Source: Eledone cirrhosa (Eukaryota). From it: a DNA stretch of 64,000 nucleotides. Under the pieces are notes generated by a model, which saw nothing but the letters and a program-made list of their open reading frames with translations, had not been told where the DNA came from and did not search any database. The translations under genes were made by a program, and so were the position numbers. Shown in pieces: positions 1 through 13,581 of the stretch. Where the stretch lies: assembly GCA_964016885.1 (NCBI GenBank), contig OZ024743.1:241614001-241678000 (forward strand), given 5' to 3'. Every line of letters begins with the position of its first letter. Positions within the stretch are counted from its first letter, which is position 1.

Positions 1-246
1 TTGTGTAAAAAATTTCAATCGTCTAACAGAAATGTTAAACGCAGCGAACGAAAATAGTGGTGGGGGGACAGCGGTAAGAGTTGTAAGCTCGCACGCTTTA
101 GTCCTCCCTTCCTTCCCAACTAACGTCATAGAGAAGGAAGGAAAAATTAAAATAAAAACGGACGAATCTGCGGAGAAAAAATTAAATGACGAAAACATAA
201 ATCTGGACTTGGATTCCAACAACGAAAAAAAAAAAAATTTGAAAAA

Positions 247-1935
247 TTGCATGACAATACTAATAACACAAACAAAGACACAACAAACAAAAAAATAACA
301 GTTGAAAATAACACCATATCAGAAAACAAAGCAGACGACAAGATTTCATTTGCACAGAAAACAAAGAAATCTTTGACTTATATAGCGGAAAACATTTCAG
401 ATGTGGTACGAAGGATCACGGACGCCAAACAATACATAAGTGAAGGTGAGAATGGTATTTTATCGGGAAAAATGCCTCAAGAATTCACGAAAGACATTGA
501 AAGCCGAACGGTCAAGTTTCGGACCATCAACAACAGTACAAAAAAACCTGAACAGCCTTCTCAAGCAGATATCAAAACAGTACTCACAGAAGTACTGAAT
601 GAAACAACTTTCATAAGAAAAGACAGACTGTATGGAAGCCTAGCAATTATCATGAAGAACGAATCGGCGGCAAAAAAATGTGCTTTGTCACCGATTCGTT
701 CAAAAAATTTCACCTTTTATCCATCTTATATGGGGAAAAGAACTCAACGCATATGGCTGGATGCAATGATGCCAGATGTGGACTACTGCTGGCTCATAGC
801 TGGCTTCATCGATCCAGTGAATGACAACGTGATTTCCATTGGGAAAACCACAGGCAATGCGTTCAGTGGAACAGGTATAGAGCTGGTAGTACAAATGAAG
901 CCTGAACGCATCGCCCAAATACCCGACAGAATCCTATTAGAGGACCACGGGTATATAAACATTAGCGTGGAGGGGAGAAGGCCGTCCTGCCATATCTGTG
1001 CAGGCAGAGGGCACCTGAAGGCCGCTTGTCCCCAACTCAACAAAAAGAAAACCCTGCTACCAACACCAGCTCCACCACCACCACCACAACAGATAAACAA
1101 ACAACAAAACTCAGTCCCACCCAACCCGTCCCTCAGTAAAACCACAACACCACCACAACACAAACAGTCACAACACATTACCCCAAAACAAAATACAGGC
1201 CCACCCAACCTCTCACTCAATAAAACAACACAACCACCGCAGACACAACACACAACACAGTCTAACATAGTGACATCCATCTCCCCCACAAAGAAAACCA
1301 ACACGGAAACATTACCAGCAAACATACCTCTTCCCTCCAACACTGAAGATAACCCAACGAATTCGGAGGAAGAAACGGAGTCCTTCAGACAGATTAAAAG
1401 GAAAAAAAGAAAACATGTGCAAAACACACAAGGACAAACAACCCCCACCCAAATCGCAACACAATCCAACAAAACAGAAAACACCCCTCCAGCAACAAAC
1501 AAAACCAAACCTGCGCCTCCCCTCTTCGAAACACTCACACCATCGGAAAAAAAGACATTACACTATACTTACATCAACAGAAACAATAATAAGTTAAATG
1601 AACTCATATACAATAATCCTTCGGTACAAACCGAAGGTGTAAACTTTGTTTCGTCAGAAAACCACCCACATTTAAAACTAATAAAAATCCCAATGAACCT
1701 CTACCAAAAACTAAAAAAGGATTTTAAGGAGGACGTAGGACCACCCTCTGTCAAACCCATAAACCGCGTCCTACTAAAAAGCTTTCCCCCTCCCCTTCCC
1801 CTCCCCAACACAACTCCAAACACCCCAACCCCACCACACACTGACGACCCCACACCACCACAAGACACCCCATCACCCAACACCCCCGACCCCATGGAAG
1901 TCGTGCAACCCGAACCCCGGGAAGCGGAAAGGTAG
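247..1935 (+). CDS. LINE ORF1 protein (gag-like CCHC zinc knuckle, Pro/Thr/Gln-rich linker)
   Basis: 562-aa ORF with CHICAGRGHLKAAC (CX2CX4HX4C); homologous to fragments at 28064-29791. True start is probably the ATG at 32, with an indel in the A run at ~226-237. Confidence 0.85.
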   Translation: MHDNTNNTNKDTTNKKITVENNTISENKADDKISFAQKTKKSLTYIAENISDVVRRITDAKQYISEGENGILSGKMPQEFTKDIESRTVKFRTINNSTKKPEQPSQADIKTVLTEVLNETTFIRKDRLYGSLAIIMKNESAAKKCALSPIRSKNFTFYPSYMGKRTQRIWLDAMMPDVDYCWLIAGFIDPVNDNVISIGKTTGNAFSGTGIELVVQMKPERIAQIPDRILLEDHGYINISVEGRRPSCHICAGRGHLKAACPQLNKKKTLLPTPAPPPPPQQINKQQNSVPPNPSLSKTTTPPQHKQSQHITPKQNTGPPNLSLNKTTQPPQTQHTTQSNIVTSISPTKKTNTETLPANIPLPSNTEDNPTNSEEETESFRQIKRKKRKHVQNTQGQTTPTQIATQSNKTENTPPATNKTKPAPPLFETLTPSEKKTLHYTYINRNNNKLNELIYNNPSVQTEGVNFVSSENHPHLKLIKIPMNLYQKLKKDFKEDVGPPSVKPINRVLLKSFPPPLPLPNTTPNTPTPPHTDDPTPPQDTPSPNTPDPMEVVQPEPREAER

Positions 1936-1968
1936 GTCTCTACACTCTCCTTTGGCTCTGCCGCCCAC

Positions 1969-4900
1969 ATGGATGTGTTAAGAGTAGGATGTTTGAATGC
2001 ACGTGGCCTGGGCTCAACTTGGAAGCAAGCAAAGCTTCTAAATGACCTCAGGTCATGTAGTATAAATGTAATGGTTATCTGTGAGACTCGAATCAGCGTC
2101 GTGCGGCAGCTGGCCCCCACCTTCGATGACTTTGAGGTGCATGCATCTCTCTGTCAACCTGGAGGTGGGGGTGGGGTTGTCGTACTGCTGCAAAAACACC
2201 TGGGTCTTGCCGTACAGGTTGTGCACTCGGACCCGGAGGGTCGTTTGTTGGTGCTAGACGTTGGCAGTAGTGAAAGTGCGGCCTTGAGACTGGTCGCCGT
2301 CTACTCCCCTTTCGGAGCTGAACGGCCCGACTTCTTCCAGCGTTTGGAGACTTTTCTGGGAACGTCGCGTTCCCTGCTTCTAGCGGGGGATTGGAATGAC
2401 ATCCTGGATGCACGTTGGGACTATGCAGGAGCATGTCCTAATAGAGGGGGGTGTAACAGCCTCAAGGGGTTACTCGACCGTTTTAACTTGGTCGATAGAT
2501 ATCGACTAGATTTTCCAGCTGTGCCTACCTGGACTTGGAGAAACCACAGTGGTCAATCTAGATCGTACTTAGATAGATTCTTAGTTAGAAGTAAGGATAG
2601 GGACATATTAAGCTGTCCAGAAATGCGCACGGTTGGCTACACGGATCACAAATTAGTGACCTGCGTGGTCAATCTCGAGAAAACACATAGACAGGGTCCC
2701 GGTTACTGGAAACTTAATTTGTCTTTACCGGCAAAAGAGACTTACAGAAACCGGATTAGCAGATTAGTTAAGGAGAGGTTGACGGGTGCAATCGTCAACA
2801 ACCGATGGTGGGCATCTCTCAAAAGAGAGATTAGAACAGAATCAATAAGTTATAGCAAGATGTTAGCTGCCGATAGGAATAGAAACGAGAAAGAATTAAC
2901 AGGTAAATTAGAAGAGGCAATCAAGAGTGAAGATGTGGCCAGAGTGCTGGCATCGAGGACGGCCTTGAACCAGTTTTTCGATGCAAAGCACGAAGGCTGC
3001 GTCATTCGAAGTAAAATACGTGCTCTAGGTAATGAGGGGGGCAAAGCCGTTGGATGGGCCCGCGTGACAGAAGCTAAGAGTGGAAATCGATCCACCATCC
3101 GGTCGTTGCAAGACGAAGATGGACGAGTGATCCGGGAGCCTAAGCAGATGTGCGAGGCCTTTCAAAAGCACTTTGCCCGATTGTTCGGGGGAGGCGAGGG
3201 TCCGGGCCGGGGCGTGGATTTCGGTCCATAGCTCGACGGCCTGCCGCGTCTCTCAAACGAAGAGGCAGAGTCCTGCGAGGGACCAATCTCGGCTGGTGAG
3301 ATCGGAGATGCGCTGAGCCAATGCAGCAGACGCAAATCTCCAGGTCTCGATGGTATACCTTACGAACTTTATTTAGCAATGCCGGTCTTCTTCTCCGAAC
3401 TCCTCGAAGCGGTCTACTGCAATTGGCAGCAGAACGGGAAAATTCCTTGTTCTGTAGCCAAGGGCGTAGTCACGCTGGTGAGGAAGGACGAGAACAAGGG
3501 GATAGTATAAATAATTTTCGGCCCATAACCCTGCTAAACACAGAGTTAAAGATTTTGACCAAGGTGTTAGCAAAAGGATTGGCGCTTGTCGTGGGTGGCC
3601 TGGTGGGAGATGCGCAGACATGTGCTATCCCATCCAGGTCCATTCACGATAACCTCCACCTCATGCGATACATCATAGAGAGGGTTGGCAACAAACCCGG
3701 CTTCGGTGGGGCCCTGATCAACTTGGATCAGTCTAAGGCCTTCGATAGGGTCGACCATGGTTACCTGGATGCGGTGCTAGCGGCGGCTGGGTTCGGTCCT
3801 GTTTTCAGAGGCTGGATCACTGCCCTACATAGCAACCACATCTGTTCTAGGATCAAGGTGAACGGCTACCTTTCGAAGCCGTTCGAAATCAGACGATCCA
3901 TTCGACAGGGGTGCCCTCTCTCCTCCCTTCTGTACGTATTGACTCTCGAGCCTTTACTGAGGAAGTTGGAGTTGTTGCAGGGTATCCCCCTGGAACCAGG
4001 ATTGAGCAAAGCGGTGTCGGCCTACGCCGATGACGTAACAGTAATGGTATCAACCGACTCGGAGATCTAGGCGATCGGTACCTTACTGGAGGAGTACGAA
4101 AGGTTGTCAGGAGCGAAACTGAACCGGGAAAAATCCATCGGGCTGCAACTCGGAACGTAGAGAGGCAGACCGATGCCTCCTGACGGTGTCGTCGGACACT
4201 GGACGGAGGGCCCGGTAAAGTTGCTTGGGGTCTGGTTTGGACCGGACCTCCAGGTGGAAAAGAACTGGAACGAGGTTACGAACAAGGTGTTTGCACTAAC
4301 CCAGAAATGGGCCAAGTGTAAGCTGTCCCTAAAAGGCCGGGCGGAGGTGGCGAACATTTACATAGCGTCCGTCACTTACTACCGCCTGACTGTCGTGCCT
4401 TGCCCTAAGGAAACACTCACCACCATGGAACGCATGCTCTTCCAATTTCTTTGGAAGAAGCGTCCTCCTATGGTGAGAAGATCCATCTGCTGCCAACAAC
4501 CTTCGAAAGGAGGGCTGGGGATGCCGTGGTTGATGATGCGTAGGCACGCATTAAGGCTACGGCACCTACAGGTATTCCTCCCTGGTCAACCGGTGTGGGC
4601 TCCGTTCGTGAAACGAGCCTTTCCGAGACTCGTCTCACTCACCGAGCTACAGTCCTGGGTCAAGCAAAGATCCGGAAAACTGGGAGACTGGCACACTGAG
4701 TGTGCTCAGGCGCTCAGGGCTCTCTGGCAAGCGGGCCAGGCCATCGGTGGAGAATCCACCTCATCATTCTATAGAGGGCTGGTGGCTAGCAGGGGCGATG
4801 ACACCCTTGGAGAGTCGCTGGACATGGAAGAAGACGAACTGGCCAGCCTGTTCGGTAGGACTTTCGGCCCAGGACCAATGGACAACTTCCAGAAGTCACT

Positions 4901-5405
4901 GGCCTGGCAGTGCTACCGAGGGGCTCTACCCGTTCGAGAGAGGCTCTACAGACACGGGCGCCCGGGCAGGGATCCCTCAAAAAAGATTTGCCCTAGATGC
5001 GTGCGTCACGAAGAAACCGTAGCGCACGCATTGGTGCAATGTCCGGGCGTGGCTGATCTGTGGGGCTACGCCGAACAACTGCTGTCGCGGGTGGCGCCGA
5101 TTAAATTGACCGCCGAGTCCGTGATGACAATCAAACCGCCTCCCCTCTTCACAAAGGAAGCAAAGGCGGTTTTTCTGTGCGTAATAGCCATGTTGAAAGA
5201 GGTTGTTTGGTGGACACGATTGAAAGGTCTGAGGTCAGGCAACTTCCTCTCTGGCCATAGTCTGGTCTACTTCTTCCGATATCACTTCGGAAGAAGGATA
5301 AGAATGGAGAGAGAGGTGCTTGGCCACAGGCAGTTTTATGAAAGGTGGGTGATAGTGGCGAGAATGGCTCGTGTAAATGGGCCTTCTCTGTATACCATCC
5401 TGTAG
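1969..5405 (+). pseudogene. LINE ORF2 (APE endonuclease, reverse transcriptase, C-terminal zinc finger), disrupted
   Basis: APE motifs LNARGL, AGDWN, YLDRF, TDH; RT motifs LDQSKAFDRVDH, RQGCPLS, YADD; CPRC...ETVAHALVQC. Stops at 3229, 4068 and 4158; frameshift near 3497. Confidence 0.92.
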
Positions 5406-5702
5406 GTAAAGAAGTAAAGGAGAGGGGAGCACCTTCTCCATGTGCTCCCCGGGCAAAGGATTGCACACTTTTTCGGGGGTGTGTGCAACCCCCATCACGT
5501 CCCCTCCCTTTTGAGGTTATTTTCGATTATTTTCATGTTACACCCTTTTTACTCGATTATATGTAAACTCCCCCTTTGTATTTGTCCCTTCTTTTTATGC
5601 CTTTATGGTAAATAAAGAAATCTATCTATCTATCTATATATATATATATATTATATATATATATATATAATATATATATATATATATGTATGTGTATAAA
5701 TA

Positions 5703-5767
<65 letters not shown>

Positions 5768-5777
5768 CATATATAAT

Positions 5778-5856
<79 letters not shown>

Positions 5857-5876
5857 CATATATAATATATATATAT

Positions 5877-5945
<69 letters not shown>

Positions 5946-6700
5946 GAGTAATCTCACCGCTAAAACTGCCGTAAATACAGCCATATATTGTCAAAGACAC
6001 CGATGGACAGAAATGCCTGAGCGGAAAAGAGACAAGTGGTCAGTGGTGGACAGAGAGACAATCCATGAGGTGGGTGACCGGCAGACGAAATATAGAAAAG
6101 ATTGAAAGAAGAGGAGGACAAGCACAAGTGTATTGGCGCATAGCAGCGACAGGAAAAGGCGAAATTAAAAAAGGCGCTGTACAAGACAAGTACACACAAA
6201 CACCTTCACCCTCGTATGCCTTCAAACCACCAGAATGGTTTCGCAGGTTTTGATTGAGAGTAGAATATTAAAATGCTGTATTGGGAAAATATAAATATTT
6301 CTATTGTTGTGATGTGTGTGTGATAAAACAAACAACAGAGATAGAAGGGAATGTGCGGTAAAAAAAAAAGAAAGAAAATAATGTGATAGTGAACCTCAAA
6401 CTGTGGTATCTGTCCTAAACAGAAAGCTAAACATATCTATTTATTACTTTCTTCCAGCCACTTCTATGAGCCACAAATTTTTCCTTGTCCTCCTGCTCTT
6501 TCAATATTTTCTATACTTCATCTGCCTGTCGTTCATCTCATGGACCGTCTCTCTGTCGACAACTGGTCATTGGCCTCTATCCTCTGAGACATTCTTGTCC
6601 ATCGCTGTCTTTGGGAGCATTTAGTTGTTTTAACGGCGATGAGTTTTTACATTTATATACGTATTGAAATACACACATGCTTTGTCACGACAACAATGGT
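5946..6700. mobile_element. Old two-armed inverted-repeat insertion between (TA)n tracts, probably PLE pseudo-LTRs
   Basis: Diverged inverted arms ~5951-6123 and ~6484-6643; left arm abuts (TA)n, right arm has ~55 nt extension before (TA)n. Confidence 0.55.
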
Positions 6701-6960
6701 TTTTATATATATATATGGATATAATACTGGATTTTACCATCAGTCCAGGGTCCGGGAAAGTATCAACACATATATTTTTATTGTTTGACCCGAATTACTT
6801 GGTCGTTTGTTTTGGTTGTGCGGATGATATGTTTAACCATCTTCTCAGTGTGTTTGGCCCTTAACGTATGTTGTAGCTCTGATTCACTGAATCATCGAGC
6901 GCTTGCCACACATATCGGATGTTGATTTTCGTTAATTCCTGTGCTGAAATACGATTCTCG

Positions 6961-7008
<48 letters not shown>

Positions 7009-7131
7009 GCCGAAACATCTATGATCTGCAGTTAACAGCTGATGAAAGGTTTCTTCTCTTGTTTCGATCATATTACCATCTTAAACATTCTTTACACAGC
7101 CTGCTTCGTTTCTTGTAATGTTACATATATA

Positions 7132-7195
<64 letters not shown>

Positions 7196-7200
<5 letters not shown>

Positions 7201-7579
7201 AGAAGCAAAAAATTGCTTATTGTGATCCAGTTCTTGGTTAAGAGAGCCAGTTTCATGGATGGTTTCAACGTACGGTTAGGGGTAACTCCACAAGTTTGTA
7301 AGAATCCCGTTCAATCTTGGAGTATAAAGTATAAAAGAGAAAACACAGGTGAGCATTAAGAGAAGGATTTTATCCAGGTATTTACGACCGTTTCATTGGT
7401 AAGTGCAACCTTATATTCACAGTCCAAATTTTGAAAATTTGGACTGTGAACAACAATTATAATTGAGAGGCTGCTATTTGCAGTATAGCAATATAAGGTT
7501 GCACTTAACAATGAAACGGTCGTAAATACCTGGATAAAATCCTTCTCTTAATGCTCACCTGTGTTTTCTCTTTTATACT
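7196..7579 (-). mobile_element. Two-armed PLE pseudo-LTR insertion in (TA)n with hammerhead 3' half
   Basis: Near-perfect inverted arms 7328-7417 and 7490-7579 containing GAAAC-GGTC-GTA; inner hairpin 7416-7450; (TA)n on both sides. Confidence 0.7.
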
Positions 7580-7602
7580 ATATATATATATATATATATA
7601 TA

Positions 7603-7680
<78 letters not shown>

Positions 7681-7683
<3 letters not shown>

Positions 7684-7779
7684 CAAAGGAAATGTGGTAA
7701 GGAACCAGATGGACCATAACCAGAGTCCAGAAATAGCCGCCGAAACGGCTTGAGCTCTGCCGTCGGGGTCATACTTTTT

Positions 7780-7783
<4 letters not shown>
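7681..7783. mobile_element. Short two-part insertion of the 'TTCCTA' PLE-like family
   Basis: 7681-7720 is the reverse complement of the family 3' end (cf. 43581-43620); 7721-7783 matches 43481-43540; flanked by (TA)n. Confidence 0.7.
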
Positions 7784-7836
<53 letters not shown>

Positions 7837-8116
7837 ATATATATATAGGGAAAGTAGGGTTTGAAAAATGCAATGGCATACACACATGCCTACACACGTA
7901 TGTATGGGTGCGTGGTTAAGAAATCCGGCTCCCAATTATGGGACCCATGGTTCCTTGCTAATATTTAGTATCAAGCAACGTGGGACTACCCATTAGCTAT
8001 GTGGAAGCCCATAGGGTTGACAGCACGTGTAATACAGTTGATCAGTCTCTTCCCGCTATGTGGCCCTTACTTTGCTTGACGATTATCTTAAACGTATAAG
8101 TTTTATGTATGTATGT

Positions 8117-9131
8117 CTTCTAGAAAATGCTCTGACAAAGGCTAGGGCTCTTTCATTCCCAGAGGTTTAACTGCGCGATCGGGTATCCAGCCCAATTATT
8201 TCTATATACATGTATATACATATATACACATATATACACATACATACATGTATATAAATATTTACATATTTTTGGATGGCCGTTGACTCTTATGAGTTCC
8301 TCCGCCTTTGTCACGTTGTGTTTTTTGTCCTGCAGGGTGTCCAAAATCACCCTCCTCACCAAGTAAACTTGGTGTGGTTGCCGATTTACTCGCCGACGAC
8401 CCGACCATGTGACAGGTTGTACTGGGTTACATGTTACCAGTAGCACTCAGTAGTTACCGATGATGTTGATCTTTTCTTCCTTTCGGGTTATAGTTACTGT
8501 CGTTCAGAGAGTGGGATTGGCTCAGTGCACAGTCTTTCCTCACTTTAAAAAAATGTTCACGCATAGGCATTGCATGGTGGCATTAATTAATCATTATTAA
8601 TATTATTATATCGTGCAATGACCATACTCCATAACGAGGGGGAAGCCATCATGTATGTATGTATTTATGTAACGGCCATCCAAAAGTGTGTAAATATGTA
8701 TATACGCATGTACATATGTATATATATGTATGTGTAGATACATGGGTGCATGTGTATGTATATGCGCGGGGACATATAAATAGTTGTGCTGGACACCCGA
8801 TCGCGTGGTTAAACCACTGGGAGTGAAGCTTTTTTCAGGGCATTCTTCGAGGAGAAGGCAACTCAGGAAGCTGGGATAACTCCGATATAGAACCTGCGGC
8901 TCCGTATTTACCGATGATGTTGATCTTTTCTTCTTTTCGGGTTATAGCTACTGTCGCTCAGAGAGTGGGATTGGCTCAGTGCACAGTCTTTCCTCACTTT
9001 AAAAAATATCTTCACGCACAGGCATTGCACGATAGAACTAATTAATAATTATTAATAATGGTATATCGTGCAATGGCCATACTCGATAACGAGGGGGCAG
9101 CCACCATGTATGTATATACGTATTTATGTAA
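8117..9131 (+). mobile_element. Two RTE-related non-autonomous retroelement copies with (ATGT)n tails plus an inverted duplication
   Basis: Direct repeat 8454-8672 / 8908-9131 ending ACGAGGGGG(C/A)AGCCA(C/T)CATGTATGTA; similar to 15491-15790; inverted repeat 8152-8284 / 8671-8827. Confidence 0.55.
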
Positions 9132-9145
9132 GTATGCACAAGTTA

Positions 9146-10088
9146 CACTCAAGAGGTTTTGAGACTTTTGTCAGTGAACCATTTATGTAACACAGATCAT
9201 CTCAAAACCCGTCTTCCTCAAAGTAGGATCCCCCAGCTTCAATGCACTTGTTGTAGTGCTCCAGCCACTTCTGAAGGGCCAACTTGTAGACCTCCAAAAT
9301 GAAGGTGTTCGGGGTCCTTGTCACAGCCTATTTCCTCTCTTCCTCAAAGCGGTTACTGCTTCAACCTCGGTTACACCCAGAAATGGAATGGGGATAAGTC
9401 TGTATACTCTTGCTCCTTATCTCCTTATATCAGACAAGTAGCTGCTCATCAGGATGGATTTGTGGCTGAGGGCGTTGTCCTGATGTAGTTGCCACTGACT
9501 AGACTTGAAGAGTTCTGGTCTCTTGAGAAGAAATCTATTTCTGAACTGCCTCAAAACCTCTACATAGTACTCTTTCTTGCCCGTCTGGCCTTATGAAAGC
9601 CAGTGGATATAAATGATGTCCTTGCTCTCGAGGTATGAGATCATCATGAACTTCCAAGTAGGCCTGCTTTGCCTGGCTCTCCTGGGTCTTGGGGAGTCAG
9701 AATGTTTCCACTGGTTACTCTGTCTCTAGGTTTCTGGATCATAACAGTAGACCCAGCTATAGTCACAGGTTGCCATAGACTAACGGTCACTAGGATTCTA
9801 AGCGATCCACTCAACAATCTACTTGCTGTCACCAACGTGCCTCTGCTTTTTATCTTTCATTGAGCACCCTGGGAACAAAATTTGTGCATGTTCAGATCAT
9901 CATGAATGACTCTGCACAGTGTCCTCGGCCACTTCAAATTGTTTAGCAATCGTCAGAAGAGATGCACGGCGATACTCGTCTAGAAATTTCCGAATGCTGT
10001 CGACCAGCTTTGGCGTCCCGATGTCCCTCACACTGCCACACCTCTGGTCGTCCCTCACGTGCTTCCTGCCCTCCTCGAACCTCTTGTG

Positions 10089-10095
<7 letters not shown>
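9146..10095 (-). pseudogene. Mariner (Tc1/mariner) transposase remnant
   Basis: Minus-strand peptides KRFEEGRKHVRDDQRCG (HTH region), WVYCYDPET*RQSNQW and FQKWLEHYNKCIEAGGSYFEE; TA at 9144-9145 next to the probable terminus; 5' part missing. Confidence 0.88.
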
Positions 10096-10833
<738 letters not shown>

Positions 10834-11070
10834 AGCTTTAACGCAATTCTCAAGACAATTCAGCGTAATAGTGTGTCTTACAATGCTGCTGGACCTTGGT
10901 ATTGCAGACACAATCCATTCAATAGGCTTCTGTACATTTTCCGTCTACTCAATATCACTAACAAGCCTTCGTTCAATTCGAAGCTGTGGTTAATGTAATT
11001 TGCCCAAAATGCCACACATTAATGTCGTGACTGTGACATAATGATATATATATATATATATATATATATA

Positions 11071-12031
11071 CTAGCATTAAGGCCCGGCGTTGCCCGGGGT
11101 CAGTAAGTTACCAAAGTTAGGTTGCACCACCCATTTTATGGCAGCATCTTTTTGTCTGCCAGGCACTGGGTGAATGAATTCCAGACCTGGACTGCCGAAG
11201 CAGGAACTGCGCCAGCAGTGACAATTGTAGTTTCGCCTATGTGCAAAGAAGTGTTGAAATTTATTGTTTCACAGTACTTGCGCAACACGCGCGTAGACGA
11301 TGCCAGCCGAACAACAGAGCTGCGATGGAGTTGTTCTGCATGGTTGTCTAATGTGTGTTTTCTAAATTTAAGACAGTATGGAGGGGTGTGATACGGGGGA
11401 GAGTTAGCTGCTGTTTCTAGCAGGTTTAGTGACCTCATAGAGGATATGTTTTCTAAATTTAAGACAGTAGGGAGTGGTGTGATATGGGGGAGAGTTAGCT
11501 GCTGTTTCTAGCAGGTTTAGTGACCTCATAGAGGATATTATTGTGTATAGTAGATGAACTGATACTTCTTTCTTCCACGTTCGTTGATAGATGTTTTAAA
11601 AAAGATTTATCGCTATTTTTGTTGTTGTTGAATAAATTTATCTGTTGCTTTTGAATAATTGTTGTTTCGTATGAAATGTAATAAGTTCTCTTTGTCATTG
11701 AAGTAAATAAATGTTTGACCGTTCCACACTAAAAGAACAAACGTTCTCTCTCTCTCTCTCTCTCTCTTAAAGTTTGTAAGTTTAATCGTATATAAGAGAA
11801 AGTTGCAGCATGTATGTAGTTTTATCGAATTTTAAGGGGAATAGAGAGAGAAATTTGATTGTATTAGAGGGATAAAGCGTCATGTATTTAGTTTTATCGA
11901 TTATTTCCGTAATTGTGGGTGAGTTTGAATGAAATAAATAGTGGTTGACTTAAATTACACGATTTACAATATTCTTACAGACTTTGAGTCGAATCGGTTT
12001 GAAATTGTGCAAATGTATAAACATGGAACAT

Positions 12032-12107
<76 letters not shown>

Positions 12108-12131
12108 CAACAATCTGCCTTTTATAGATAA

Positions 12132-12134
<3 letters not shown>
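11071..12134 (-). mobile_element. Non-autonomous Helitron 1, inserted in (TA)n
   Basis: Minus strand starts A|TCATTATCTATAAAAGGC and ends with hairpin CCCGGGCAACGCCGGG then CTAG|T; internal ~91 bp tandem duplication 11357-11538. Confidence 0.8.
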
Positions 12135-12170
<36 letters not shown>

Positions 12171-12504
12171 CAGTATATATATATATGACGGGAGCGGAGC
12201 TATTTGAATTTCGACTCCTACCGTCAGGTAACTTTCTGAACCACCGATGTGTGAATGTGTGAGGGTGTGTCTGTGTGCGTCTCTGTGTGTGTGTATGTAT
12301 GTGATAGCAGTTCTGGAAATATGGGATGCCTGTAGGAGGTGTGTGATGGTGCGAAGCAATAAATAAATGTGTTCAGACATTAAAACAGAAGGCGAACAGG
12401 AATTGCATGTATACTATTGAGAAACAATTGAACATGATTGCAATCATAGAGCAGTAGATCACATGTAGACCTGCTTCAATATATACACATATATATATAT
12501 CTCA

Positions 12505-12573
<69 letters not shown>

Positions 12574-13513
12574 AGTGAGTGTGTGTGTTTGTATGCACAA
12601 ACACATATACAGTGTTACACACATGCGCTGCTGACATTTTTACGACTGTATACATCTAAACATGTATGTATGTGAAGATATGCAAGCTTTTCTGTGAGTC
12701 TGTTATGTGTATGTCTATATTTGTGTATGTAGATATATACATATTTTTCCGTACGTGTATCTGCAAATACACACGCCACTCAGCATATATTTTTGCGTGT
12801 GCCATCTTATGCACACTGGCTCTGCCAGTCAACTTTATACAATTATCTCCCGTGTCACACGCTCTTCTCGTGTTTCATTTTAGTTATGGAGATCGAAGCC
12901 TCGTTTTCATTCACGGCATTAAGCAGATATGGTCGTTTCCTTGTTGTCTTTTCTTTTTTCTGTTACGTTTCTTCATACTTTCTGTAAGATCACATTAACG
13001 CCTCTTTTCCATTCTTTCATGTATTTTCTTTTCTTTTATTGGCTGCATATGTTTTGTTGTGTTGTGTTGCTTTTTATCCAATAGTAGAGTTTTATTTTTT
13101 TGTTTTCTTTTAGTTTGATATTTTTATTTTGTTTTTATTCCTTGGAATTTTATCTCCATGTTGAAATGTTTGTTGGGTTTATGTTTCTTTTGATTATTTT
13201 TTTTTTTTCGTACCTTACATTATATTTTTTCTTTTATTTTACGTTTTTCTTCTTCGCTTCATTTTCAATTCAAATTTAGTTGTCAAAATAGTAATAGATG
13301 CTCAACCGTTTAGCTGGTGGTGTAAGTGTAAATATTGTGTGTCGGTGGGAGTGTATTTGTGCATGTGTGTGTTTTAATGCATGTCAGTATGTGTATTTGG
13401 TGTTTGTATATGTGCATATCCTGATTTATGTGCGTGTGTGTGTGTGTTTTAATGCATGTGAGTGTGTATATTTACTCTGTGTATGGCTCGTGATTTGTCT
13501 CCGTTGTGTGTGT

Positions 13514-13581
<68 letters not shown>

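Larger units (their letters stand above)
1..5636 (+). mobile_element. Tx1/L1-clade non-LTR retrotransposon, copy A (near full length; 5' end at or beyond window edge)
   Basis: Zinc-knuckle ORF1 followed by APE endonuclease-RT-zinc finger ORF2; 3' UTR ends AATAAAGAAA then (TCTA)4, then (TA)n. Confidence 0.93.

Noticed and set aside
700-5566. Antisense and alternate-frame ORFs over the LINE, e.g. 783-1538 minus
   Set aside because: Shadows of biased LINE coding sequence with no motifs of their own.
7001-7125. GAAAC followed by CTGATGA as a type III hammerhead
   Set aside because: Helices do not close convincingly; probably a decayed pseudo-LTR fragment.
9097-9108. Perfect Kozak context GCCACCATG (also ~15516-15525 minus)
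   Set aside because: The ATG is the first unit of the (ATGT)n tail of a repeat; no real ORF follows.
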